Assembly: GCF_006345805.1 (NCBI RefSeq)
Contig: NC_043002.1
Span: 85,436,001-85,500,000, forward strand
Direction: 5' to 3'
DNA: 64,000 nucleotides
Origin: Octopus sinensis
Taxonomy: Eukaryota
Position numbers and translations under genes: made by a program. Position 1 is the first letter of the stretch, and each line of letters opens with the position of its first letter. The notes under the pieces were generated by a model, which ran no database searches, was not told where the DNA came from, and saw only the letters and a program-made list of their open reading frames with translations. Of the stretch, positions 1 to 11,199 are shown piece after piece.

Positions 1-215
1 TGTACATAAGAACCCTATATGAATCCCATAATTCTGTATGGAATATGGAAGCCCTAAGGCAGTTCAACATTGTTTACAACCTCACTCTGGCAACCCCTGT
101 GGTAGTACTGGTGTCACATTGGAATGGTCATACTGTTTAACCACAGACAACACTGTTCCTTTGGGGTGGACAACTGGGACCTTTATTCATGGTCATCAAT
201 GATAGACATAGGTCA

Positions 216-436
216 TATGATGGGGTGATGAAAAGTTCCTGGCTTTGGGTAAAAGAAAATACAAGAGGATCAATTAATTATGATTTTATTCAACATATTC
301 CCCTCTCTGATTTGCTCATTTATTGCAGTGATCCTTCAGTTTCTCTAAACCCTGTAAAAGAACTTGGAAAGTTGGGCCTCCAACCAGGCCTTTCACATTA
401 CCCTGCAAGCCAGAAACCTTTCAGCATCCCCTCGTA
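216..436. mobile_element. Tc1/mariner-type MITE (~220 bp)
   Basis: Imperfect TIRs: left TATGATGGGGTGATGAAAAGTTCCTGGCTT vs reverse complement of right end TACGAGGGGATGCTGAAAGGTTTCTGGCTT. TA context at the ends; no ORF. Confidence 0.65.
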
Positions 437-533
437 TATTTGCAGTATGTCTCTATGTGTATTATCGATATGTGTGTTTATCCTTGTAATTGTAGAAGTA
501 TGTGTTTCTGTAGTAGCTTTAAACAAAAAACAA

Positions 534-1051
534 ATAGAGCAGTTGTATACTGTCAACTTAATGTGACAGTCCTACGAAGGGAATCACACCACTGCTATTT
601 AGCCCTAGGAAGCATCAACATTAAGTTGACAGTATACAACTGCTCTATCATACCACCACTGCTTATATCTCTCTGAGATATTTAGAAACGTAATATTTCT
701 ATTTTTTATGATCAGTGGATTTATTTCACTGGAATTATTATATGTTTACAAGGTCTAGACAAGCATCTCCAACTAGCAGGCCATGCTACTCCAGACTGAT
801 GACAAGTAAGACTCAGAAACTAGTCTCTGGATGCAGGCTTAACTGGGTGGGGTGCTTATCTCCTCCTTGTAAACATAAAGACACAGGAAATGTGTTAAGG
901 CCGACAGGAAGCATTGATGCTTCCTAGGGCTAAATAGCGGTGGTGTGATTCCCTTCATGGGACTGTCACATTAAGTTGACAGTATACAACTGCTCTATCG
1001 TACCAACACTGCTTATAGCCCTCTGAGATATTTAGAAATGTAATATTTCTA
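534..1051. repeat. Local inverted plus direct duplication complex
   Basis: 534-618 is the reverse complement of 914-998; 618-701 is directly repeated at 968-1051; 534-564 and 618-648 form a perfect 31-bp inverted repeat. Confidence 0.9.
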
Positions 1052-1199
1052 CTTTTTAAAAAACAAATATTTTCTTAGTATTTCACATCTATTTAATGAT
1101 TGTGTATATTCATTATAATTGGTTATACCAAATTCTGAATACTTTGCTCCCACCCCCCTACCCCCTTTCTTTCAGTCTGCTAGCTGCAAATAAATTGAA

Positions 1200-1550
1200 G
1201 TATAATAATGATAACAACAACAATAATAATAGTAATAATAATAATAATTGGAAGATATCTAATGTATTTATCATTATTGCCATCATATATCATCATCATT
1301 GTTGTTGTTGTCACCATCATCATCATCACTATCAACACTATAACTATCATTACCACCACTACTACCACCACCGTTGCTATCATCATTAATAGCAAGACTC
1401 AATCTTGGTATAAAGTAGTGAGACCACAGTTTCTTCTTCTTCTTCTTCTTCTTCTTCTTCATTGTTTCCTCCTCGTCTGCCTCCTCCTCGTCCATTCCCC
1501 CTCCCCCTCTTCATCTTCATCATTTTTAATGATTTTATTATTCATTATCA
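1200..1550. repeat. Patchwork of trinucleotide microsatellites (AAT, CAT, CAC, CTT, CCT)
   Basis: Seen directly; it explains the low-complexity ORFs in all frames. Confidence 0.9.
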
Positions 1551-2341
1551 TTTTGTAGTCAAGTGTTTCAATAATATTCAATGAGCTATTACACTGAAAC
1601 CACTGGCATGGAGAAGAAATGATAATATATATATATATATTAGTAAATATTGACAACTCACAAATAAACACTTCCCTGAACAAAAAATATTGTCAGAAAG
1701 TATGAGGGTAGGAGAGAGGGAGAAGGTGTGTGTAAGAGACAAAAGAGAGACAAGGGAGGGAAAGATAAAGAGAGAGGGAGGGAGGGAGGGAGAACTAAAA
1801 AAAATAGTTAATAACCTCAAAAAGATAAACAAAAAAATATAGAGAATAAAAACTGAAAGCTTCCTTTTATGTTATATTGCCACTAAGCTAACACAGAAAA
1901 ACATTATAATTACTTGTGTATACACAGTCAGGTACATTATATATCAGCTTGTTCACTCTTATATGTCTTACTTCAGTTTGTCCCCTTCTTCACCTTGTCT
2001 CACACCACTTTCCCCCTGGGGAAATTCTACTGTAATAAACAATAGAATTTATGATGGCTGTAAAATTAAAGTCCTGTTTTACTGACATGTTAAAGAGCTC
2101 AAACCTTATAACAACCACACTGTTCAGCTGCAGCTCTCCCACCCTCTTGGGACAGACATATGACATCAACTGTCTAACACAACAGGTTTTTACCTCCTTC
2201 ATTGTGTATAAGTAGTTAGTAGTTAGAAAAGCAATAAGCAGTGAAAAGAATTTGTTTCTGTAACATATAAGAATAATATATATCAAAATCTTCTCTTCTG
2301 TTAAGGAAACCTTTCTAATCATGCAAACATGGAATAATGAG

Positions 2342-2676
2342 GACATGAAGGCCTGCAACATCAATATTAGCAACTGGGAAGCAGTTGCCAGCAACCGTGG
2401 AGATTGGCGACGTACCGTAAAAGAGGGAACACAAAGGAGTGACAGAGAGAGAGAGGGGAGAAATGGAAAGACAAGAAAAGACGTCAACAAGAAACTATGA
2501 CATTACAACCAGCCAGGAACAGTCTTCGCTACATATGCAATACCTGCCAGAGGGAGTGTTTGTCCAGGATAGGACTACACAGCCACAGCAGGAAATGTAT
2601 TAGGACATGAAATGTAAAAGCCGGACTAGATTATTTTATGCGCAACTCCATTGTCTCCCGAGACAAAAAGGATGCC
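2342..2676 (+). mobile_element. 5'-truncated RTE (BovB-like) LINE 3' end
   Basis: Translates with one frameshift to DMKACNINISNWEAVASNRGDWRRTVKEG...YICNTCQRECLSRIGLHSHSRKC*, the typical RTE C-terminal CxxC/RIGL.SH motif. Flanked by a 65-bp direct repeat. Confidence 0.85.
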
Positions 2677-2754
2677 AATATATCAAAATTTTGTCTTCTG
2701 TTAAGGAAACCTTTCTAATCATGCAAACATGGAATAATGAGTATAAACAGATAT

Positions 2755-2791
<37 letters not shown>

Positions 2792-3033
2792 TGTAGAAGA
2801 CACAGGAGAAATTAGCACTTGATGAAGGTTAAATTTTCATTCATTTGAAACTGAGATTACTTCCCTCTGAGTTTCCTGTTTTATGCATGTCTTGTAGAAC
2901 ATGTGAGAAACAGGAAAACTTTGAATAGCAATGGAATAAAACTTCAATTTCAACTGAGACACACACACACATAGGTAGATAAATATATATGGATATACAT
3001 CCATCCATCCATACATACATATATATATCTATA

Positions 3034-3145
<112 letters not shown>

Positions 3146-3414
3146 AGTGAGAGAGGCAGACAGAGGGAGAGAGAGAGAAATAGAAAGTCAGAGTGCTTAT
3201 AGTAACTTCCATACTATGATTTCATACTAGTATCCAAGACAAGCATCTAAACAATAATCTGCTGAAGATTGTCCAGTCTGAATTTCCCAAATACTTCTGT
3301 TAAATTTGGTATAGAAGTAGCTACAGGCAATGTGAGCATATATATATATATTATATAACAGGCATATATATATATAGTTAATCCAAACATTAAAACACAA
3401 AGAGAAATCATAAC

Positions 3415-3585
3415 AACGCAAGGACGTGGAACAAATATAGTATTATTGGATGCTCAGGAAGGAGGGAAAGAAGGAGGGTTTAACGTTTCGAGCGAAGCTC
3501 TTCGTCAGAAACATAGGAGATGGAAAGAACCAAAGAAGGGAAGACAGAGGAAAAAAATCGCCAACGGTACACACGCAGTCACATA
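3415..3585 (-). mobile_element. Penelope-like element terminal (pLTR) fragment with minimal hammerhead-like motif
   Basis: Minus strand 3512-3478 reads GTTT-CTGACGA-A-GAGC-TTC-GCTC-GAAAC-GTT-AAAC, a pattern typical of PLE termini. Confidence 0.6.
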
Positions 3586-3602
3586 TATATATATAAATAA
3601 AT

Positions 3603-3840
3603 GCGCCTTTTTAAAGCCTAGCCAGGCTCATGGGCCCAGTTTCTATTGCGTATGTATTCCCCAGCCGGACGGGACGCCAGTCCATCGCAGCGTTACTCAT
3701 TTTTGCCAGCCGAGTGGACTGGAGCAAAGTGAAATGAAATGTTTCGCTCAAGAACACAATGTGTCGCCCGGTCCAGGAATCGAAACCACAATCTTACGAT
3801 CATGGTGCTGACACCCTAACCACTAAGCCACATGCCTCCA
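3603..3840 (-). mobile_element. tRNA-derived SINE, family C
   Basis: Head TGTGGCTTAGTGGTTAGGGTG...GGTTTCGATTCC (A/B-box-like) and central CTGCGATGGACTGGCGTCCCGTCC motif. Related copies at 4119-4365(+), ~37380-37615(-), ~63880-64000(-). Confidence 0.8.
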
Positions 3841-3853
3841 CACACACACACAC

Positions 3854-3891
<38 letters not shown>

Positions 3892-3927
3892 CATACATAT
3901 ATATAATATATATATATATATATACAT

Positions 3928-3985
<58 letters not shown>

Positions 3986-4118
3986 ACATATATATATATA
4001 TATATGTATTTATGTATGTATTATGCATATGTATGTGTACATATATATATGTATATAAATATATATGTATATAGATAAATAGATAGATAGAAACTATACA
4101 TCTATATGTATGCATGAT

Positions 4119-4365
4119 GCGTCTTGTGGCTTAATGTTTAGGGTTTTGCACCCATGATTGTAAGATTTTGGTTTCAATTCCTGTATAGGGCAATGCATTG
4201 TGTGTTCTTGAGCAAAACACCTCATTTCACATTGCTTCAATCCACTCAGCCAGCAAAAGTGTGTAATCCTGCGTTAAACTGGCATCCCATCCAGAGGTGG
4301 AATATATACATCCGAGAATCCAGGAAATTGGCCTTATAAATTTATGGCTTGGAAAGGACCTTGGG
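4119..4365 (+). mobile_element. tRNA-derived SINE, family C (diverged)
   Basis: Similar to 3603-3840 in the opposite orientation. Confidence 0.7.
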
Positions 4366-4371
4366 TGATGG

Positions 4372-4405
<34 letters not shown>

Positions 4406-4418
4406 ATATATGTATATT

Positions 4419-4742
4419 GAGACCCCCTTCGGTCATGACTGACCGTGGGATTGCACCTAGAAAGTTACCCTCCCAGGCACAAGTCTGGGCAAGGTTGTTT
4501 ATGGAAGACCAGCAGTCGCCCATGCATGCCGGACTCCCCTCTCCACGCCACCAGTGTTATCCAAGGGAAAAGGCAAAGGGGCCGATACAGCTTGGCACCT
4601 GTGACATCGCAACTCAATTCTACAGCTGAGTGAACTGGAGCAATGTGAAATAAATGCTCTTGCTCAAGAACACAACATGCAGCCTGGTCTGGGATTCGAA
4701 CTCACGGCCGTAAGTTCGACGCTCTAACCACTGAGCCATGTG
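4419..4742 (-). mobile_element. tRNA-derived SINE, family D
   Basis: Head CATGGCTCAGTGGTTAGAGCG...GAGTTCGAATCCC. Body also seen at 9505-10015(-) and 31505-31780(+). Confidence 0.8.
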
Positions 4743-5280
4743 TGTGTGAACAAAATCTTAATATAGTTCTTAAGATAAACAAATTTGATACTTAAGTTTC
4801 ATATATTTGTGTATATTTGTATTCAGTATAGAGTGCCAAAGAATCTCTTCCATGAAACTTAAGTAACACAGTTGTTTTTCTTAACTAAAGTATAAATATT
4901 ACATCTAACTCTACCAGAAATATCAATTTCTCTCCAATTGTTGATTGTTCACTTAATAACAGGTATATATATATATATATATATGATATATGTCATGCTA
5001 ATAAAGCCTGTATTAGTATAATTCTCTCTCTATATATATGAAGTATAAGGAAATGAAAAATTGTAGGTGTAGACGAACTTAATTCAGGTTGTTACAGAAC
5101 CACTATACGTTCTACAAACTGTTTCGGAATCTAATTAATTCCAAAGACAAAAACAGATTCTTTGTCAGAAATTACATACTAGTTTGAATAATAATGACCA
5201 ACAAAAATATATAAAGACCTTTCATAGCCCAGATGGACTTAGATGTTTAATATCCCTTTGAAGGATTTTGGTCCTCACCT

Positions 5281-5363
<83 letters not shown>

Positions 5364-5453
5364 AATTTAAGTCACTATATATGGATTCAAATAATCTGGA
5401 AGTACCCATGAGAAAGGATCCTTGATGTATCATTCTACAAAACATATAGACTG

Positions 5454-5690
5454 TACAAAGGTGGTACCAAAAATTTACAGACTAGTTATGTTAAATAAAA
5501 AATAACTTATTTATCCAAGTTTTAACATCTCCTTTGAAATAGTTACTTTGAACCACTTTACACTGGTCCCAACATTTTTGAATCTGGCCTGGCAGTTGTT
5601 TTCTACAAGTGAATCAAGAGGACCTTCTATGATTCACTCAGGATCACAACAACACTGTTAGAACTGTGAACATTGAGCTGTATTTTTATC
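5454..5690 (-). mobile_element. Mariner transposon 3' fragment
   Basis: Minus strand encodes IQKCWDQCKVVQSNYFKG (mariner C-terminal W.KC...G.YFE motif); a TIR-like TACAAAGGTGGT starts at 5454. Confidence 0.55.
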
Positions 5691-6028
5691 TTGTGGAAGA
5701 ATTAACCAAAGTATCAATTAATATTAATTGATACTTTGGTTAATTCTATAAGTGAGTGTAATATTAAATATATATATAAATTAATTATATGTATAGTAAG
5801 CTTAACTAATTTGAGTGTATATATTTGAACCATTTTTCTATTTTTAATTCTTGTCATAGTTTGTAGTAGTATAATGTATATAAGTTAGCTTGAAGTTTTT
5901 TAGTATATATTACGTAAATAGAATAAGATTTAACTTAGATATTTATTAAATAAATGAATAAATAAATTAATTAATTAATGTATATAGATTAAAGTATAGT
6001 ATTTTAGCTTCACTTCATGTATATTATG

Positions 6029-6060
<32 letters not shown>

Positions 6061-6067
<7 letters not shown>

Positions 6068-6554
6068 TGTAGTTGTGTGAGTGTCTGTCCCCTTCGATTT
6101 AGATTCCTAACTACTCCCACATTTTGCGGTGCAGTTTAACCAAATTCGGGTATCTTATAGTCGTGATTCATATCGAGCCCATCTGAGTATTAGCGCACGT
6201 CTACGATGAGTCTACGATTTTAAAAATAATTTAACATCATTTTTTATTCCATTTTAATGCATAATTTTTCGTGTGTCGATGGCGGCGGAGTTGGCGTCCA
6301 TGGTCACACCTGCACCTGTTTGCTTCTCCCCCTTCTTCCCTCCCTCGTGAAGCTGTGGGGAAGGGAGTGTAAGGAAATCAACGTCGTCAAGGAGATCAGC
6401 GTTCTTTTAGAACAACGACTTAATGGCTTGAAGACACCAAAACAGAAATGGCTAAGAAAGCCCGAATTGGCATCTATAAGGGAAGTAACTCTCTAAAAAT
6501 GCTTATATAGTTATTTCCCTTACAAACCCGAGCAACGCCGGGCGATACTGCTAG
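6061..6554 (+). mobile_element. Non-autonomous Helitron
   Basis: 3' end has the hairpin CCCG-AGCAACGC-CGGG (6527-6542) followed by CTAG|T at 6551-6555. The 5' end lies in a (TA)n tract. No TIR or TSD. Confidence 0.75.
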
Positions 6555-7164
6555 TGTTATATAAAATTTTAATCAGCGATACTGTATAGCTTTTGCACTC
6601 TTGTGCGAATGTGAGAAATCGTTATTATTAGTTAGCATGGGTAGCAGAATCGTTAGAACGTCGGAGGAAATAATTGCAGTATTTCCGGCTCTTCACATTC
6701 CAAGTTCAAATCCCGCCGAGGTCAATTTTGCCTTTCATTGCTCCATGGTCAATAAAATAAAGTACTAGTATATATATATTGTTTTAAATATTTTAAATAT
6801 TTTGTTTTAATTACTTGTATTTGAATTTTCCAGTAATGATATGCTATAGTTTGTTATTTTTTTCTTCTATAAGCTAAAATATATTTTCATAGATAAAATA
6901 AATATTTATATCTGTTTATTCTAGTTCTATTTATACCATGTTTTTAACGAGATAAATTTATTATAAACAATAAGTCCTATGTATTAAGTTTAAAGATTTA
7001 GTTAACAGAATATATTTGTTAAGATATTTTGTGTTATTATTTTAAGATATATTATTGAATTTTGTTCAATTTTTTTTATTGAAAAATTACGTATTTTTAT
7101 ATATATTTATATTTTCTTATAAGAATATATGTATATTTATTTAATTATTTTATTGTTTTTATCT

Positions 7165-7250
7165 TGGACCTGATGAGTGACTATATTTAAATTGAATTGA
7201 TTTTACTGTATTCAGTTTTGAAAATATAGCCACGAAACACGTGTAGTCTA
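7165..7250 (+). ncRNA. Type I hammerhead ribozyme motif (Penelope-like/retrozyme-type)
   Basis: Stem I TGGAC/GTCTA; core CTGATGA 7170-7176; stem II GTGACTATATTT/AAATATAGCCAC; GAAA 7234-7237; helix III AC-ACGT-GT with palindromic loop; GTA triplet 7243-7245. Activity untested. Confidence 0.75.
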
Positions 7251-8391
7251 TTTACTAATTATATACTATTTATTTATTATTTTGTACTTTATTTAGTTCT
7301 AAGTAAATGCTTTATCATATATTCAATTTTTTTCTATATGGTATGATTTAATTATATCATTGCTGAATTGCTACATGGTGGTTCTTCTCTAATTTATATA
7401 CATATATTATATATATATATACACGCACACACATGCATATATATCTATGTATATGCATGTATGTATTCATAAATGACTGTGTGTATATTTTTTTTGCATA
7501 GGTGTATATGACCGGTATCTGTATTGGTTTGTTCATTGTTCATTTTGCAGAATTCATTCTTATTTGCAATAATTTATGCACACATAAATAATATATAAGT
7601 ACAATCTGATCAAATACATATAAATATTGAAAGAATTGTGCTAATTAAAACAATTACTTGTAGTGGTATTAACAAGAAAATTTAATTAATTGCTGTCAAT
7701 GTCAGATTATTATTATTGTTATTTATCATCATCATCATCATTAGTATTATTATTTTGTGATATATAAACAAAAATAAACAATACTTTCATTGCATAAATA
7801 TTTCAAAAATATTTTCAAATAGTATTTTCATTTGAATGTTGGAGATATGTTTTGTTTTCCAGTTTGAGTATCATTTAATTGGTTTATAAAGGAGGAAAAA
7901 AAGAAGAAAAATTGCAGTTTAATACTACCAATGTCCCGTAGTCATTTCATCTATTAGAAACCAAATTCCACACTCAAACCTCACTTTATCATTTTAAAAA
8001 CGAAGGGCTAATTAGATACTTATGACTTGAATACTTTGATCACATGTTTTTTGATTCAGAGTTGACCTGGATCCAAACAACCTAAGCAACTACCTATTTT
8101 ATATGGATGCAGGAATGACTGAATGTTTAAGAAGTTTGTTTTAACTGTCATGAGGGTTCATATTTGATCCAGCAGCATAATATCTTGGGCAAGTGCCTTT
8201 TGCCAAAGCCTTGAATTGAGCCAAATATTCTTAGTGAAAATGAGTAAATGTGAGCTGTTCAGAAGCTCATTGGGTGTATTGTAGCTGTAATTTAAGCAGC
8301 CAGCCTTGTCACATGTGTCATGCAGATTTTCATTGAGAATTATGTTAAGGGTTCATATGTGTGTGTGTATGTATGTGTGTATGTATGTGTG

Positions 8392-9045
8392 CAGGTGTGG
8401 CTGTGTGGGAAGAAGCTTGCTTTTCAACTCCATGGTTCCAGGTTCAGTCCTACTGCATGACTCCTTGGTCATGTATCTTCTAGTACAGTCCTGGGCCAAC
8501 CAAATCATTGTGAGTGGATTTGGTTGATAGAAACTGAAAGAAGCCTGTCGCATATACTAGTGTGTGTGTGTGTGTGTGTGCGCGCACGCGTGCATGTTTG
8601 TGTGTGTGTGTGTATGTGTGCAGGTGTGGCTGTATGGTAAGAAGCTTGCTTTTCAACCCCATGGTTCCAGGTCAGTCCTACTGCATGACCCCTTGGTCAA
8701 ACATCTTCTAGTACAGTTTTCGGCCAACCAAAGCATTGTGAATGGATTTGGTAGACAGAAACTGAAAGAAGCCTGTCGCCTATACTTGTGTGTATGTATG
8801 TGTGCGTGCATGTTTTTGTGTGTGTATGTGTCTGCCTATCTGTTTGTTCCTCACCTCATTGCTTGACAACTGGTGTTGGTTTGATTGCATTCGTGTAATC
8901 TAGGGGTTTGGTAAAAAACACTGAAAGAATAAGTACCAGGTTTTAGAAAGTATGTAATGGGGCCAGTTTGTTCAATTATACACTTCAAGGTTGTGCCCCA
9001 GTATGGCTGCAATCCTACAACTGAAACAAGTAAACAATAAAAGGG
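8392..9045 (+). mobile_element. SINE family A: two tandem heads (8392-8550, 8620-8790) plus tail
   Basis: GTGGCTGTGTGG.AAGAAGCTTGC...GGTTCAGTCC head is repeated; tail ends ACTGAAACAAGTAAA. Confidence 0.75.
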
Positions 9046-9194
9046 AAAGAGAAGGTTTCAGATGAATTGAAGAAGAAAACTAGATACACTACGGCTTGTT
9101 GTTGTATAGTTCTTAGTTTATCCTCTCTTAAAGCCTATTTTACTTTTCATCCCTTTTTGTAGGGTCATATAATATGCACCAGTTGATTCAGTTG

Positions 9195-9405
9195 GCTATA
9201 TTCACTTCTAGTCGCCATGATAGATCGTTAGCCATTACACACATTTTTTTCTCTCCTTGTTTTTTCTGTGTCCCTTTCTGTAGAAGAGCGTAGGCTCGAA
9301 ACATAAAAGACTTTTTCTATTCCTGAGTGTTATACTAATACATCTGTTTGTTTTGTACACCACCTGTCTTTGTCTTTTGTTTTTTTTCGTAAACTCTCCC
9401 TATAT
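9195..9405 (+). mobile_element. Penelope-like terminal fragment with degenerate hammerhead-like motif
   Basis: 9274-9309 reads CTTT-CTGTAGA-A-GAGC-GTAG-GCTC-GAAAC-ATA-AAAG, the same architecture as 3478-3512 with two core substitutions. Confidence 0.5.
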
Positions 9406-9504
9406 TCAGTTCTTGCCTTTGCAAAAAGAGAGCACCTAGTTCTATCTGTAAGGAGTTGTTTTATATATGTATTGAGTTGTATAGTTTAGACATAATTTAA
9501 AGAC

Positions 9505-10015
9505 CTCCACCTTTGGTCATGAATGGCCATGATATTGCACCTAGAAAGTTACCCTCCAAGGCACAAGTCTGTGCAAAGTTGTTTATGGGAGGTGCTGAGC
9601 TGGTAGAAACGTTAGCACACCGGGTGAAATCCTGAGCGGTATTTCGTCTGCCATGACGTTCTGAGTTCAAATTCCGCTAAGGTAAACCTTGCCTTTCATC
9701 CTTTCAGGGTCGATAAATTAAGTAACAGTTACGCACTGGGGTCGATGTAATCGACTTAATCCCTTTGTCTGTCCTTGTTTGTCCTCTCTATGTTTAGCCC
9801 CTTGTGCGCAATAAAGAAATAAGATTGTTTATGGAAGACCAGCAGTTGCCCATGCATACTAGCTTCTCCTTTCCTCTTCACTCCACACCATCGATGTTAT
9901 CCAAGGGAAAGGTAAAGGCTGATACAACTTGGCACCTGTGACATTGCAACTTATTTCTACAGCTGTGTGAACTGAAACAACGTGAAATAAACACACAGCC
10001 CAGTCCAGGAATCGA
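9505..10015 (-). mobile_element. SINE D interrupted by a plus-strand SINE B (9590-9824)
   Basis: 10-bp TSD TTGTTTATGG at 9579-9588 and 9825-9834; the D sequence resumes after the B tail AAAGAAATAAG. Confidence 0.85.
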
Positions 10016-10269
10016 TAAAACGTATGCATATATGTAGGACTGTATGTATGTAAATTGTAATTGGGTACATACAGATATTTATAGGCACAGGTGTGGGTGT
10101 ATGGTTGAGAAGTTTAATTCCTGATCACATGATTTCAAGTTCTATCCCTCTGTCCTTCCATAGTCTCAAGTCAGCCAAAATCTTCTGAGTGGATTTGGAG
10201 TGGACAAACTAAAAGAAGTTCATTGTGTGTGTATATGTATGTGCATGTATGTATATGTATGTGCACGCA

Positions 10270-10303
<34 letters not shown>

Positions 10304-10306
<3 letters not shown>

Positions 10307-11199
10307 GAGATCTAATCAATAAGTATCTGGACTGTTGCTATAGCAATGAAGTTAAAGCTTGCAGAATGAAGCTACTTGGCACAGATTGACCTTGAACTCT
10401 GCTGTGCATGTGCACTAAGTTTTAACATTGTAGCTCACTTCTGCTGTTTATAGCAGTGCTTGAAAGGAAGGTGTGTAGCGTGTGATCGTCACATTGACCA
10501 TGACAGGAAGTTCTCATGGCGATACCTGCTCAGAGGCCTACACAAAGTTGCAGAAAGTGTGTGGAGAGGAGTGTATGAGCTATACATAGGTGTATGGGTG
10601 GTTCAGACGTTTTCAAGATGTCAAAAAAATGTCAGTATTGACGAATGTTCTGGGAGATATGCAATCAGCAGAACTGAGGAAAACATCACAAATGAGCATG
10701 CAGCTGTGAGGGGAAGTCGTTGAATAACCATCCATGAGTTATCAGAGAATGTGCAGATTAGTTACAATTCAGTTCTGTTCAGTCCATTATCACTGAAGAT
10801 TTGGGTATGAGATGCATGTCTGCCAAGTTTGTGCCAAAACTGCTTTCAGCTGAATAAAAAGACACTTGGGTTTCAGTTGCACAAGATCTTGATTGTGTTG
10901 AGAATGATGAAAAGTTTTTGAAAATTTGTGTAGCGTCTGAGCAGGTATTGCCAAGCTTTTGGCAAAACTTGATGCAGAATCTCTGTTCAACTTTCTCTGT
11001 CGTGGTCAGTGCGACAATCACATGCTATACACCTTGCTTCCAGGCACTGCTGTAAACAGTGGAAGTGAGATACAATGTTAAAACTTAGAGTGCATGCACA
11101 GCAGAGTTCAAGGTCAATCTGTGCCAAGCGGCTTCACTTTGCTTGCTTTAGCTTCATTACTATGGCAACAGTCCAGATACTTAGTGATCAGACCATGTA
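10304..11199. mobile_element. Mariner derivative with both ends derived from the 5' end (long inverted arms)
   Basis: Left arm: TIR plus transposase N-terminus (...KLQKVCGEECMS...LGMRCMSAKFVPKLLS). Right arm on the minus strand: TIR plus TEKVEQRFCIKFCQKLGNTCSDA. TA context at both ends; no catalytic domain. Confidence 0.85.

Noticed and set aside
1283-1683. Minus-strand LNIIETLDYK (cadherin LDYE-like) and a hydrophobic TM-like stretch
   Set aside because: The pieces lie in different frames of a trinucleotide patchwork, with stops and no consistent splice donors.
4700-4742. tRNA-like A/B boxes here and at other SINE heads
   Set aside because: They continue into SINE bodies and do not form complete cloverleaves; not called tRNA genes.
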